DNA from: a virus
Taxonomy: Duplodnaviria > Caudoviricetes
Strand: one strand, 5' to 3'
IMG/VR virus record: IMGVR_UViG_3300037501_000255
DNA: 64,000 nt
Shown: piece after piece, positions 29,118-39,969 of the stretch
How positions within the stretch are numbered: position 1 is the first letter of the stretch
Layout of the letters: every line of letters begins with the position of its first letter
The notes under the pieces: model-generated
Database searches by the model: none
What the model was told of the DNA's origin: nothing
What the model saw: only the letters and a program-made list of their open reading frames with translations
Position numbers and translations under genes: made by a program

Positions 29118-32100
29118 CTATGATGGTATTCCTGTTCCTGCGTGAATATTGTTGGCTGTAGTTGGACTGTCAGCGAGCACGCCTGCAACGGCAAGCACCC
29201 CGGATGAGGCGGTCCCTGACGTATTCCCCCATGCAAGTAGGTTGGTGCTGCCACCGGTAATCGCAAAGGGGCCGCCCGTTGCCGTCCATTGCAAGGCGCT
29301 GTTGAATGCTAGTAGACTTTGATTTGCAGCAGCAGCGAATACCGTCAATGACGATGGGAGGATAAATTGTGATGTAATATTCCCGATTATGACCAGTCTA
29401 CCTAGATCATTTGCCGCAGTAGATGCTGCAAATGATATTGTATCAAACCTATTATTTGATATATTTACTTGTGACATTAGTTTTGGGAACGAAACAGTTC
29501 CCAGTCTGTTGCCTGAAATACTACTTAAGTTGAATGATCCTGTGCTGCTAAATGCTGAGAAGTCGACATCATCCAGTTTGTTGCCTGTCATGACCAATTC
29601 TGTCAGATCGCCATTGGCTGTAGATGAGGTAAATGATACATCTCGTCCTACATTACCGCTAATTGCCAGTCTCGCCATCCCTCTTGTGCCAGAATTAAAT
29701 GCTATCGTACTTGCCGTATTGTTTCCATTTATTACAACATCCTGTATGGAATATATGACGGCGGCACCCCAAGCTTGCATGTCAATACCAACATTTTCCA
29801 TTGTATTGTTATTTATACTTATATTTGCTAATGTTTCGCCATTTATAGAGAATGCATCAGATATCAAATTATTATAAATATGCAAATAGCTTATATTTGT
29901 GCCACTATTGACAGTGCCAAGCGCTAACTCACCAAGCACATTAGAGCTGATGTCTAAGTTTGTAAATGTTTTACTAGCTATTGATGAACCTCCTCGCGCC
30001 ACAACCTGCGCTGCGCTATTTCCTCTTATGTTCAGACCCGTTACATCCGCACATTCGCCTATATCTGAAAACATCCAGATATATCCATCCACTGTATTCT
30101 CTATAATTGAGAGGTTTGCAATGCTATATGATGATGATCCCCCGATCTGCAGCCTAAATATCGGAATATCTCCGGTTTTATTGCGTGCTATTATTACATT
30201 GTTAAGCGCGCGAGTCTCTGCATCAAAACCGCTATTTTGAATTTTTAGGTTTCCGGTAATTATATTATCTGTAATATTGCAACCATCGATGCCATTTGAA
30301 GATAATGCTACTGCGTTAAATAGTGCAAGGTCTTGCTGAACGTCGTTGTGTGTTACTGTAAGGCCCGAGCTTCCCGTGATCGGGTATACGCTTAAGTTTG
30401 CTACATTATTGCCCTTAATTCTGGTGTTTAGGATTGTCCCGCTAAGTAATATGTCGAGGCCGTACGTCTGATTGTCCGAAATTAGGCAGTAGCTAGCGCC
30501 CGACGTGAATGACATGCCAACATCAGAATTCCCGGCAATGATGCAGCGATCCATACTCCCGGAGGTGGAGAGCGTCTTTTGTGAGAACTTATTTCCTATT
30601 ACAGAAGTGTCGTTAATTGTCGTCGCCGCTGATAGCGAAACATCTGAGCCGAAATAGTTGTTCTCTATTATATTATTCCCAGTTGCAGATGAATATACAA
30701 CATAGGTGCCTGCACCGGCCGAGGAGGCGCTTAATATGTTGTTTGATATAATAGACCGCTGCCATACAGCTGAACTTGAATTTGTTGCGCTAACAATCTT
30801 ATTGTTAGATAATATTGAGTTGTATATATTGTTTCCAGTATTGAAGTACAGTGTTTCAATAACATTGCCATCGATAACACAATCCGTCAGTGTTGTTGAA
30901 ACGTCAAATCTGAGCGCTGTCTGAATAATGTTGTCAGCTATTGAGCATAGAGACATCGGCATTTGTATTCTTAAGCTTGATCTCACATAATTACCAGATA
31001 TTCTGATACGAGTTAGCGATGATGCTGCTGAGAACATTAAATCTGTACTTGTATCTAAATATGAGTTATTTGAAAATACGCTATTAGCTCCTAATCTTAT
31101 TATAGTATTTGAATTTATTCCTGTTTCAAATACGTTATCTGTTATTATGAGCGGGCCCTTGTCAGCCGAGAATGTCATGGCCGTCTGCCCCTCAAATGAG
31201 TTGCCGGTTATAAATATAGGCTCCGTACCCCCACCATCCTCGCTAAAGTCAATGCCGCAGCCATTAGTGGCGGTGCCTGTAAAAATATTCCCTGTAATAG
31301 TAATTCTTCCGGCTTTTTGATCTATAAGCAATTTTCTAACAAAATAGTTGTTTGCAATAGTAATGACAGATTCTCTATTTGATGCACTAGAATTTACGTA
31401 TACATTAAACCCTATCGCAGCGTCTACGAATGTGTTTCCGGAAATTTCTCTCGCTAGCCGAGCGGCGCCAGCAGGTGTTGCGTCAAATTGTGCAGAAGAG
31501 AGGCCGGTGTTGCCACATACCATACCGCTGGTACCGGTGATACCTAAATTCAAGCCGGTCATTGAGCCGCGATTGTTTAGAAATTTTGTCAGAGAAGCGT
31601 TTATGATTGTGTTGTTTGAAAAATTACAGTCGTCAAACACGCAATTATCTACATTTAATAGGTGTTCCGTGGAATTGCAGTGAAAAAGTTTCGCTGTTCC
31701 GCTAAGCACTACGCTGTAAAATGTGCTATTTGATATGGTTGCGTCAGTTTCCGGAGCGACTGGCGAGCCTGCAGTTATTATATTACCTGATGATGCTACA
31801 ACATTCGTGAAGGAGCTAGCGGTGATGTTTATGTTGCCAAGTAAAATGAGCGTTTTAGCTACTCCGTCCCCATAGAAATTACACCCGGTAATACTCAAAG
31901 CACCCGCTTTAGACCATAGCTGTCCGAAATTGCCGCTTGGCCGGAAGGATGTATTTGCGATCGAGCTGCTGGGTGTGCTTGCGTCATTGCATGTGAGAGA
32001 TAGCGATGAAGAACGTATATCACATCCCATCATTTTGACAATATTAATGTAAGATGAGATCGATGATGTGCTGCTAAAGATACATGAGTCAAATATCACA

Positions 32101-35100
32101 GTGCCTATTGATGTTAGCGAGAATGCACCGTCAAATGTCACATTTCGAAACGTGATGACCGAGTTCGATGCCGGATTTCCAACAACAGTTCCAGATATGC
32201 GCACTGAGTCTAGTATAACAGAGTTGCATGTATTATTGATTTGCAGAGATGCAATATGCGCCCGGCTCCTATTTGGCGTAGTATTGGATTCTATTCTTAT
32301 ATCTGAATTTACTTCAATATTACCTACCGAACCCGAGATCAGCAGTGAGTAGTCCTTGCTTCCGGCTGAAATTGTAATTGGATAGGTTGTGTCGTTTGAT
32401 ACTACCCTGAGGTTTAGGTTGTCGTCAAACGGCGTGCTGTTTATATGTTGCTCGGCAGCCTCATACGATGCAAATGTGCCAATTCTCCTGTTTGTAGTAT
32501 CTAATATAAAGTCTAACTTATAATCAATTTCATTGATAAAATATCTTACATCAATTAAAGATAGTGGGTTTGGCCCGGAGCCTGTATGCGTGACTATTGC
32601 CAGAGGCGCTATTCTGCCAGCATATCCGTCTATCACTTCTGCAAATGATAATTTGCCATCATATATAGTGTTGCCAATCTCTAGATATTGCAGCGTTCCT
32701 AGATGCGTTGCATAAACGCAGTATGATGCAGCTGCTTGCGGAAAGAATATTGGTTGCGTTGGGATGTCTGAACGTACGCCGTTCACATACGCAGTGCCGC
32801 CACGGAACAGCACCCCGTATACGTTGCTGCCCAGACCTGTAATGCTCTCGGCATCTGTGTAGTTAATTGTTATGGCATCAAATCCCGACACCACGCCATC
32901 TGCCCGCAGCTCTCTTAGCGGCAACTCTGAATACGCCTGCACTACATCTTCGCGCAGTTCATCTAACCCGGTCGTACCAAACAATCGCCGATCAGTGATT
33001 GATTTGAGAGTAATTGTCCCATCAAACCACACCGAGCATAGCTCTAGCACCTCCTCTTCTAGAGAGTGCGGGTATACGTTAAGAGATATAGTGCCTGTGC
33101 CTACAATTGGGCTTTGAATTGCTATAGTTGCTGTAGCTGCGTACGATGCATCGCGCAGCGTGATTGAGCCAGAAAAATCATTAGGCACAATGTTCGCAGC
33201 ATTGCTACCGAATGCCAATGCTCTACCACCAGCTACTGCCGCAACCGTGAGTGCGTCTGTGCCTGCAGCAAAGTTATCTGAAATGTCAATTATGCGGACG
33301 CTGTTGGTAACATTTGTAACCTGTGCGTAATCCGCCCTGAGTACATATCCGGCTCTGCCCCGCACATCATAATACATTTCAACAAGTGTGTGGCTAGTAT
33401 AATTTTGAATATCATCCAGAGGCACCGCATCATGTAGCACCTCTATACTAACTCCATTTTCTGTAGTTATGCCGGCATTCTTATGAATCGTCACGCTAGA
33501 TGCGTTGACGCCGGTGATGAAATATGTGCCTAGCTCAGAAGTGTTTGTATGTGTTTTAAGGTGCAGGAGGTGCCCAACCTTCACCCCCAATGCTAGGGGG
33601 TTTTCTCCATTTGGAAATGTAAATACCTGCCCCATCACATTTGCAGTGGTGGTCAGGATAGATGCAACGTCGTATAACCTCTCGCCATTCACATAGAATG
33701 AAGCCGACTGTGTTGGGTATATTTTAATGTCGTCGACTGCAGCGCCGTAGCCGTCCAAACCAAGTACGTATAGGGTGTTTGGCGCGGAGAGGCTTGAGTC
33801 AATTTTCAAATAGTAATCGTCCGACCCTGCCCAGTTGTGCGAAAGAAGCAGCTCTTCGCCGACCTTATATGCTGCAACGGGGAATGCATTTCCATCTGTA
33901 CGATTTTGCAGTACATGATTTAATCTTTCAACTAATGAATCTATCGTCGGTGGAGACATGACCGTAAAATTACGGTCATAGTGAAGATTGTCTATCGTAA
34001 TCGTCCGACTTAATCCAGGTCCTACACCCAATTCTATTCCGAGGACGTGTGTTGGATCTATAAATCTAGTATTTAACCCCAGCGATAGTACCTTTGCTGC
34101 ATTTGAACGGGATACCTGTATACTATCAACCCTTATATCGGATTGATGTATGGTGGGGGCCATATTGCCCTTCAGTGTTGATGTGGAGCTGGGTGTAAAG
34201 ATCGCTGCATCAGCATACCCGTCATACGGGATATGCTCAGCCAGTGATATCTGGTTTGACGTAAGCGCCGGCCTTGAGCCTATGGCAGCTCTAGGCCCTA
34301 TTCCTTCAATAGTAAATACCCCAATAGCAGCAGACGGCGCAAAGAACCTCACCACATCTCCTGGTGAGATGCCGAATGCATTGACTGAATAACCATCGAA
34401 TTGCACAGTTCGTCTATCTGACAATATATATGACTGAACTGTGCTCCCGTATGTAGGTGGAAGCAGTTGTCTGTTTACACCATGCCCATTCCGTTCATTG
34501 GCAAAATTTGAAAATCCATTGGCATGCAAATCATCGCGGTGGGCGACGAAAAAAGTTTCCTCTAAGGTTTCAAGCTCACCGATTGCACCCTGCAAATCCG
34601 TGCTTGAGATTCTACTCAGCCCCGATGTGTCTAGAGAGATTGCCGACGCAGGGTGAGCTCCTATTTTGTTGGTACTAGTGTGATCAAACAGCATGTCCTT
34701 GAGGGCAAAAATCGCTTGACTTACACTCACCACATTCAGCGGCGAAATGTTGGGGGGCGGAGTGGTTGGATATGCAGTCTCTAGCAGAATCTGGTATCCG
34801 TCATGCTTAAATCCTGCACCTGAAATATGTGTTAAGAAATTTGCAAGTATTAAGTTTACATTGTTCTGTAGCGCTGCTATGTCTATATCATTCGATGCTA
34901 TTAGATTATATAGGTTCTGCGTAGAGTATACCAGATCTAGCTTCGACTCTTCTATGGCTGCCGTTGGCGCCACCATAGAATTTGTAATTGGCAGTGCGAT
35001 CAGACCAGCTGCAACAAGCGCTGCAGACTTAAAGGTGCCATCCGGATTTAGCACAGCATCTAGGCGATCTTTAAGAGAGCGTTCTGTTCCTTGGACATCA

Positions 35101-35234
35101 GTACCCAGCGTTGCCTCAATAGCAAATATGGCCTCGCGTATTGCATTTATAGCCTCACTACCTATTTCGGTAATGTTATTTGTTACTCCAGGCAACTCAG
35201 CAGCAGTGTCGAGCTTTGATGGAAATGATGACAT
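29118..35234 (-). CDS. Giant tail spike/fibre with C-terminal right-handed beta-helix (pectin-lyase-like) repeats, 2038 aa
   Basis: The last ~1000 aa consist of I-x-x-N-x-(F/I) parallel beta-helix repeats; the N-terminal ~1000 aa are paralogous to 35245..39954. Confidence 0.75.
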   Translation of the reverse strand: MSSFPSKLDTAAELPGVTNNITEIGSEAINAIREAIFAIEATLGTDVQGTERSLKDRLDAVLNPDGTFKSAALVAAGLIALPITNSMVAPTAAIEESKLDLVYSTQNLYNLIASNDIDIAALQNNVNLILANFLTHISGAGFKHDGYQILLETAYPTTPPPNISPLNVVSVSQAIFALKDMLFDHTSTNKIGAHPASAISLDTSGLSRISSTDLQGAIGELETLEETFFVAHRDDLHANGFSNFANERNGHGVNRQLLPPTYGSTVQSYILSDRRTVQFDGYSVNAFGISPGDVVRFFAPSAAIGVFTIEGIGPRAAIGSRPALTSNQISLAEHIPYDGYADAAIFTPSSTSTLKGNMAPTIHQSDIRVDSIQVSRSNAAKVLSLGLNTRFIDPTHVLGIELGVGPGLSRTITIDNLHYDRNFTVMSPPTIDSLVERLNHVLQNRTDGNAFPVAAYKVGEELLLSHNWAGSDDYYLKIDSSLSAPNTLYVLGLDGYGAAVDDIKIYPTQSASFYVNGERLYDVASILTTTANVMGQVFTFPNGENPLALGVKVGHLLHLKTHTNTSELGTYFITGVNASSVTIHKNAGITTENGVSIEVLHDAVPLDDIQNYTSHTLVEMYYDVRGRAGYVLRADYAQVTNVTNSVRIIDISDNFAAGTDALTVAAVAGGRALAFGSNAANIVPNDFSGSITLRDASYAATATIAIQSPIVGTGTISLNVYPHSLEEEVLELCSVWFDGTITLKSITDRRLFGTTGLDELREDVVQAYSELPLRELRADGVVSGFDAITINYTDAESITGLGSNVYGVLFRGGTAYVNGVRSDIPTQPIFFPQAAASYCVYATHLGTLQYLEIGNTIYDGKLSFAEVIDGYAGRIAPLAIVTHTGSGPNPLSLIDVRYFINEIDYKLDFILDTTNRRIGTFASYEAAEQHINSTPFDDNLNLRVVSNDTTYPITISAGSKDYSLLISGSVGNIEVNSDIRIESNTTPNRSRAHIASLQINNTCNSVILDSVRISGTVVGNPASNSVITFRNVTFDGAFSLTSIGTVIFDSCIFSSTSSISSYINIVKMMGCDIRSSSLSLTCNDASTPSSSIANTSFRPSGNFGQLWSKAGALSITGCNFYGDGVAKTLILLGNINITASSFTNVVASSGNIITAGSPVAPETDATISNSTFYSVVLSGTAKLFHCNSTEHLLNVDNCVFDDCNFSNNTIINASLTKFLNNRGSMTGLNLGITGTSGMVCGNTGLSSAQFDATPAGAARLAREISGNTFVDAAIGFNVYVNSSASNRESVITIANNYFVRKLLIDQKAGRITITGNIFTGTATNGCGIDFSEDGGGTEPIFITGNSFEGQTAMTFSADKGPLIITDNVFETGINSNTIIRLGANSVFSNNSYLDTSTDLMFSAASSLTRIRISGNYVRSSLRIQMPMSLCSIADNIIQTALRFDVSTTLTDCVIDGNVIETLYFNTGNNIYNSILSNNKIVSATNSSSAVWQRSIISNNILSASSAGAGTYVVYSSATGNNIIENNYFGSDVSLSAATTINDTSVIGNKFSQKTLSTSGSMDRCIIAGNSDVGMSFTSGASYCLISDNQTYGLDILLSGTILNTRIKGNNVANLSVYPITGSSGLTVTHNDVQQDLALFNAVALSSNGIDGCNITDNIITGNLKIQNSGFDAETRALNNVIIARNKTGDIPIFRLQIGGSSSYSIANLSIIENTVDGYIWMFSDIGECADVTGLNIRGNSAAQVVARGGSSIASKTFTNLDISSNVLGELALGTVNSGTNISYLHIYNNLISDAFSINGETLANISINNNTMENVGIDMQAWGAAVIYSIQDVVINGNNTASTIAFNSGTRGMARLAISGNVGRDVSFTSSTANGDLTELVMTGNKLDDVDFSAFSSTGSFNLSSISGNRLGTVSFPKLMSQVNISNNRFDTISFAASTAANDLGRLVIIGNITSQFILPSSLTVFAAAANQSLLAFNSALQWTATGGPFAITGGSTNLLAWGNTSGTASSGVLAVAGVLADSPTTANNIHAGTGIPS

Positions 35235-35244
35235 TTATAACACC

Positions 35245-38200
35245 TTAACAATATACTAGAATACCTATATTTCCTACCTGATTAGACGCGGCCGTGGACG
35301 ATATTGTTACAAAATATTCGCGATTAGGGGATACGTATGGGTTTTCAGTAGGAGGGGTGTAAGCCGTTGCTGTAATTTGGAGTGCGCCTGTGCCGACGTT
35401 TGACACGGCGCCTGATAGTGCTATGGCCGGCGTTCCTACACCTATGTCGCGCGCCCAGAGCTGTGCGGTTAACGAAGCGTTGACTGAGCAATTAGCATAA
35501 ATCGTGCATGATACTATAGTAGATCCTATCTGTAGATTATTAAGCGGCACGGCTAAACCCGAAGTGGTGCCTGAAGAGGTGAGGTAGCGCCCGCCTGTAT
35601 TTAGTGCCCACGCACTTGTTGCAAAGGCCCCAGAGCTAGTATTGTATGAAAGCCCGTCTAATGCAGAGTACATTTGAAGAAATTCTGCATTTTTGTTATT
35701 GATTATATATACATCTTTAGTAGAATTTGATAATATTTTTCTGGCGCCGGGCGCCGCTGTATTTCCTACTATATTGCCATTCACAGATATATTTGTGAGT
35801 AGCGAGCCGCTAATATTTATTGAGGCAGTGGTTGGTGATGATGCTGAGGCGTTTATTAAATTATTGTGTATGTGTGTAGAGTGTTTTTCATTAAGTATAA
35901 CATTGCCTGTTGATATGAGATTTGAGTTAAATGTATTTCCGTATATGTTAGTACGCGTACCCGTAGAGCTATGAGGTTCGAGATACATAAGATTTATACA
36001 TGGTGATCTTGGAGATATAATGTTTCCAGCAAATACAATATTGCCATCCCCCGACACTCTTATGCCGTTTTGAGGAGCGTATGTGTCAATAATGTTATCT
36101 GCTATTAGTGCAGTGTCCTGAGAAGTGCTAGAATAGTATAGCGATAGTGAATCAGGTGTGGCCGTGGATGTTGAACTTAGAACTATATAGTTATCTGTTA
36201 TGATATCCTTAGCTGCTACCGACAGTATACTCCATGCTCCTGCCGATATATAGTTTGAGCTTATTATAGCATTAAATGATTCTATTGAATGGTAGTCGCT
36301 TAATTCTACGTAGTTATTTTGAAATATAACGTCGTAATCACCCCCAATGGAAAGTGCAACATAATTATTGATGATGTTCGTATCTGCTAGAATCATATTG
36401 CCAGATATTGATGCCGGTCCGAGCGCCTTTAGCACATAACCGTCATGTTCCCATATAATATTATTTGAGAGTATAAGGCTAGAATCGACACCATTATAGT
36501 TGATAAGGTATCCGGATGATGACGGCGGCACAGAGCAATTTGTGAATATATTTCCAGATACGGTTATTGCTGGCGTATCGAGTATAAAAGAGTATTGCAA
36601 ATCTATAGTGTCTGCTGCAGATGTTATGTCATAGAATGTATTACCTATAATTGTGCAGGAATCTAACTTACTGCCTGCTCGCAGACATGCGCCCAGGCCG
36701 CCTGCATAATTACTCGCGAATGAGTTATTGTGCACTGCAATATATGTGTGTAGACTATTGATTCCGCTCGGTGCCAAATCAATTGCCCTGTCATAAATAG
36801 ACTTGAATGTATTTGACTCAACAACAAGTCCGTTGGTTTTATTTGCAAGTATTCCATTTGAACAATTTTCGAAAACACAATCAGAGATATGTGTATTTTC
36901 GATATTCATTGAAGTTGACGCAAATGATATACCAGTATAAAGGTTATTGAAGCGGACGTTTGTTATTGCCAGATCTGCTGATATCGCAGCGCCGGCGACC
37001 TTAATTCCTATTCTATTTGCATTTGCCCATGACCCAATTGTGCCGAGTCTAATTAATTGGCAGTCTCTTATTACATTTCTATTATAACCATGCTGAAGAG
37101 CTATAATTGATGCATTGCTGTTATTTGGCAATGATAGGGTAATATTTGATATGGTGTTGTACCCATCCTGAATCGAGATACACGGGTCTGTTGCGCCAGT
37201 AAAAACTATACTTGCATAATTATTTCCAATGATTGAAGAGTTGGAGCCAGTAATGATAACGCTGTCCAGGCTTGCAGATGAATTAATTTGCAATGTACAA
37301 TTTGAACCTAAAATAATTTGCCCTGTGACCGACAGTACCCCACCTACATTTAGCGTTGCGCCATCCTGCAGGGTAATTGACGTTGCTGCGGTGTTGCCTT
37401 TTATATTGACAATACTCCTCTGTCCAACCGATAGAGTTGTAAAAGTTGCATCACCTAAAAATTCCAGCAGTTTATCCGCGGCCGTTACAAGCGCGTCTGT
37501 AGCAGCATAATCCGAGGTTATGATAAGCTTCTGTGGCAAGGCCATAGCTGGATATGAGGCGTACAGCTGTGATGCCTGAATTGAGGCAAATGAAGCAGTC
37601 GTGGTTGCGCTCAATGTGGGAACATACTTGAATGGCAAACTATTTATGAAAAATCTAGCATCACTTACTGTAGATATATTTCCAGATAGTGTTGTGAATT
37701 GAGCGATAGCAATTCTCTTTCCTGAATTGACTATGTCGCTTAGAGAATATCCTGGATACGAATCATTAAATATCTCCAGTTTAGCATTCTCATTTATTGT
37801 AAGATTCCATGTTCCATCAGAAGCGATCTTATTAAAGACATCTATAGTTACTTCTGCAAAGTCTACTAGTTTACCGGCCACAAGCGCCCTGCCACCCGCA
37901 ATCGTCAGCTCCGTTGCTGAAATATCCGTGGTTGATAGCCCACGAATAACTCCGCCAACCAATATGTCTGCGCCATATGCCGTTGCAAATTCATGAATTG
38001 CAGCTGTTGATAGCTGCTCGGCACCCACGGTACCTCTCGGTGTTTTGTCGATTGGTATTGATACTACTAGGCCGCCATCAAAATATGTACTTGCCAGCTT
38101 CATTTGCGTATCATCTATTTCATTTGAATAAAACGCAATAGAGCTTGTTATGGCTATTAGTGACGCCGATGTTACCAGGCATGTTATGTAATTAATCCCG

Positions 38201-39954
38201 TCTGCGGCATATACTTTCACCAGACCAATAAAACCTGACGGGAACGTTGTGGCGGCGCCGACGGCAGCGTTTACCGTAAGCTGCAAAGAGTTGGTGGAGC
38301 CCGTTGTCAGCTGTAGGAGTCCTGTACCTGACGGAAAATTGTCACTGACTTCCAGAATATCTATGCCAGATATTGGGGCAAGGGTAACAACATAGCGATC
38401 TACCACAGACAATTGTAAATGTGAGTCTATGATGACATCTACTGACCGTGGATTGCTGCTCGCTCCAAGGTGGGCGGTGTCTCTGTAGATAATGCAGTCA
38501 AATGTTCCCGCAGCAACTGTAGTTGCTAGATTGATTTGAGTAGATGGCGGCGGCCCTACTGCCGATATGCTATAGGTTCCTGCTGCGGCGGAGCTTGAGT
38601 GATTAAAAATATGAACCAGGTTGCCGGGCTTGAGGTCAAGTCCTCCGGCTCCAACAAGTGTGTGGAGATTTAGGATGGACGATGGTGCACTGAGCGTAAT
38701 TGTTCCACTGTATACTGTCGCTAGGGCTGTGAATTGATATCCGTCAATATATGCCTGCGTACTTAGTAGATACGGCGCTGTAATATTGTCTATGTCAGTG
38801 AATCCAAATGCATACATTGCTGAATTTATAATTGGAGACTTGACTTTAACTGTACAATCTGGGCGGGCTATATTGTGCTGAATAACAATTTCCCCATCTC
38901 CAGCATCATATGCCTGCAGTGGGAAGTGGTTCGCTGTATTTGCAAAGCTAGCATTAAGGTGTTCTACTAGAGCCTTTACTGGAAATCTATCATTAGTCGT
39001 AGGATATTGCGCCGTGTGCAAACCAGTGACCGACAGTGTTCTTGTGCTTGTACCGATTTGCACTTCGAAATCCAAACTTTGAGCAGAGGGACTTAGAGCT
39101 AACGGATTTAGATTTCGTGTTTTAATCGAGGCCGCATTGATGTGCCCTATCTTGATCTGATCCCGTCCTGCCGTAGGCTGATATCTTGATGTGACAAGTG
39201 CTGCTGCAGAAGACCCCGCCTGTCCGCCATGAGCAGAATATCCGTCACTGATGACTCCATTGCCATGCGCAGAGTCATTATGTATTCTGCGATCTTCTTG
39301 ATATGCGGTATCAATCTGGGATATTGCTCCCTGTACGTCGGTAGCTGTAATTGGACTGTCTACGTCTGGAGCATACGAGATCGCAGATGCGGGATGCTGT
39401 CCTGTAGCTGAGCTGCTTTTATGTACAAGCAGTGCGTTATATATGAATTCTAGCGCCTGCCCTACCGTTGTAATGGATGGGGCGGATTCTAGGCCGCCGG
39501 CTATATCTATATGGTATCCGTCATGGCGCTGCGCTGTGCCACTAACATGGTTTGACAAGGTTACGACCAGCGCATTATACATGGACTGTAAATATGCAAT
39601 ATCTATATCATTTGATGATATTTGATTTTGCAGTGCCTGCGTACCCACATCCAGATCTAGCTTTGACTCGCTAATCGCGGCTGCGGAACCTATCATTGCA
39701 TTGGTGATGGGCAGTGCTATGAGTCCCGCCGCTACCAGCGCAGCGGCTTTAAAAGTACCGTCGGGATTTAGTGTCTGGTCAAGGCGCGTCGTCAGGTCAG
39801 CTGCTGAGCCATGAGGGTTTATTCCCAATGTGCGCTCAATAGCAAATATCGCATCGCGTAGGGCATTAATGTGCTCTGCTGCTAGTTCCGTAGCATTATC
39901 GGCGACTGGAATTAGTTCAGCGTTAGTATCTAGCTGCCCAGGGTATTTGCTCAA
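35245..39954 (-). CDS. Giant tail spike/fibre with C-terminal beta-helix repeats, 1569 aa (paralog of 29118..35234)
   Basis: Shares INA(L/I)R(D/E)AIFAIExTLG...LNPDGTFKxAALVAAGLIALPITNxM...ESKLDL with its neighbour; beta-helix repeats (ITNVRFNNL, ISDCVFENC, VESNTFKSI). Confidence 0.75.
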   Translation of the reverse strand: MSKYPGQLDTNAELIPVADNATELAAEHINALRDAIFAIERTLGINPHGSAADLTTRLDQTLNPDGTFKAAALVAAGLIALPITNAMIGSAAAISESKLDLDVGTQALQNQISSNDIDIAYLQSMYNALVVTLSNHVSGTAQRHDGYHIDIAGGLESAPSITTVGQALEFIYNALLVHKSSSATGQHPASAISYAPDVDSPITATDVQGAISQIDTAYQEDRRIHNDSAHGNGVISDGYSAHGGQAGSSAAALVTSRYQPTAGRDQIKIGHINAASIKTRNLNPLALSPSAQSLDFEVQIGTSTRTLSVTGLHTAQYPTTNDRFPVKALVEHLNASFANTANHFPLQAYDAGDGEIVIQHNIARPDCTVKVKSPIINSAMYAFGFTDIDNITAPYLLSTQAYIDGYQFTALATVYSGTITLSAPSSILNLHTLVGAGGLDLKPGNLVHIFNHSSSAAAGTYSISAVGPPPSTQINLATTVAAGTFDCIIYRDTAHLGASSNPRSVDVIIDSHLQLSVVDRYVVTLAPISGIDILEVSDNFPSGTGLLQLTTGSTNSLQLTVNAAVGAATTFPSGFIGLVKVYAADGINYITCLVTSASLIAITSSIAFYSNEIDDTQMKLASTYFDGGLVVSIPIDKTPRGTVGAEQLSTAAIHEFATAYGADILVGGVIRGLSTTDISATELTIAGGRALVAGKLVDFAEVTIDVFNKIASDGTWNLTINENAKLEIFNDSYPGYSLSDIVNSGKRIAIAQFTTLSGNISTVSDARFFINSLPFKYVPTLSATTTASFASIQASQLYASYPAMALPQKLIITSDYAATDALVTAADKLLEFLGDATFTTLSVGQRSIVNIKGNTAATSITLQDGATLNVGGVLSVTGQIILGSNCTLQINSSASLDSVIITGSNSSIIGNNYASIVFTGATDPCISIQDGYNTISNITLSLPNNSNASIIALQHGYNRNVIRDCQLIRLGTIGSWANANRIGIKVAGAAISADLAITNVRFNNLYTGISFASTSMNIENTHISDCVFENCSNGILANKTNGLVVESNTFKSIYDRAIDLAPSGINSLHTYIAVHNNSFASNYAGGLGACLRAGSKLDSCTIIGNTFYDITSAADTIDLQYSFILDTPAITVSGNIFTNCSVPPSSSGYLINYNGVDSSLILSNNIIWEHDGYVLKALGPASISGNMILADTNIINNYVALSIGGDYDVIFQNNYVELSDYHSIESFNAIISSNYISAGAWSILSVAAKDIITDNYIVLSSTSTATPDSLSLYYSSTSQDTALIADNIIDTYAPQNGIRVSGDGNIVFAGNIISPRSPCINLMYLEPHSSTGTRTNIYGNTFNSNLISTGNVILNEKHSTHIHNNLINASASSPTTASINISGSLLTNISVNGNIVGNTAAPGARKILSNSTKDVYIINNKNAEFLQMYSALDGLSYNTSSGAFATSAWALNTGGRYLTSSGTTSGLAVPLNNLQIGSTIVSCTIYANCSVNASLTAQLWARDIGVGTPAIALSGAVSNVGTGALQITATAYTPPTENPYVSPNREYFVTISSTAASNQVGNIGILVYC

Positions 39955-39969
39955 ATTATCACCTAAAAA

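Noticed and set aside
29108-29266. N-terminal extension of the 217-aa track ORF overlapping the 2038-aa gene
   Set aside because: A better start with an SD exists at 29107, and the extension reads as an off-frame by-product.
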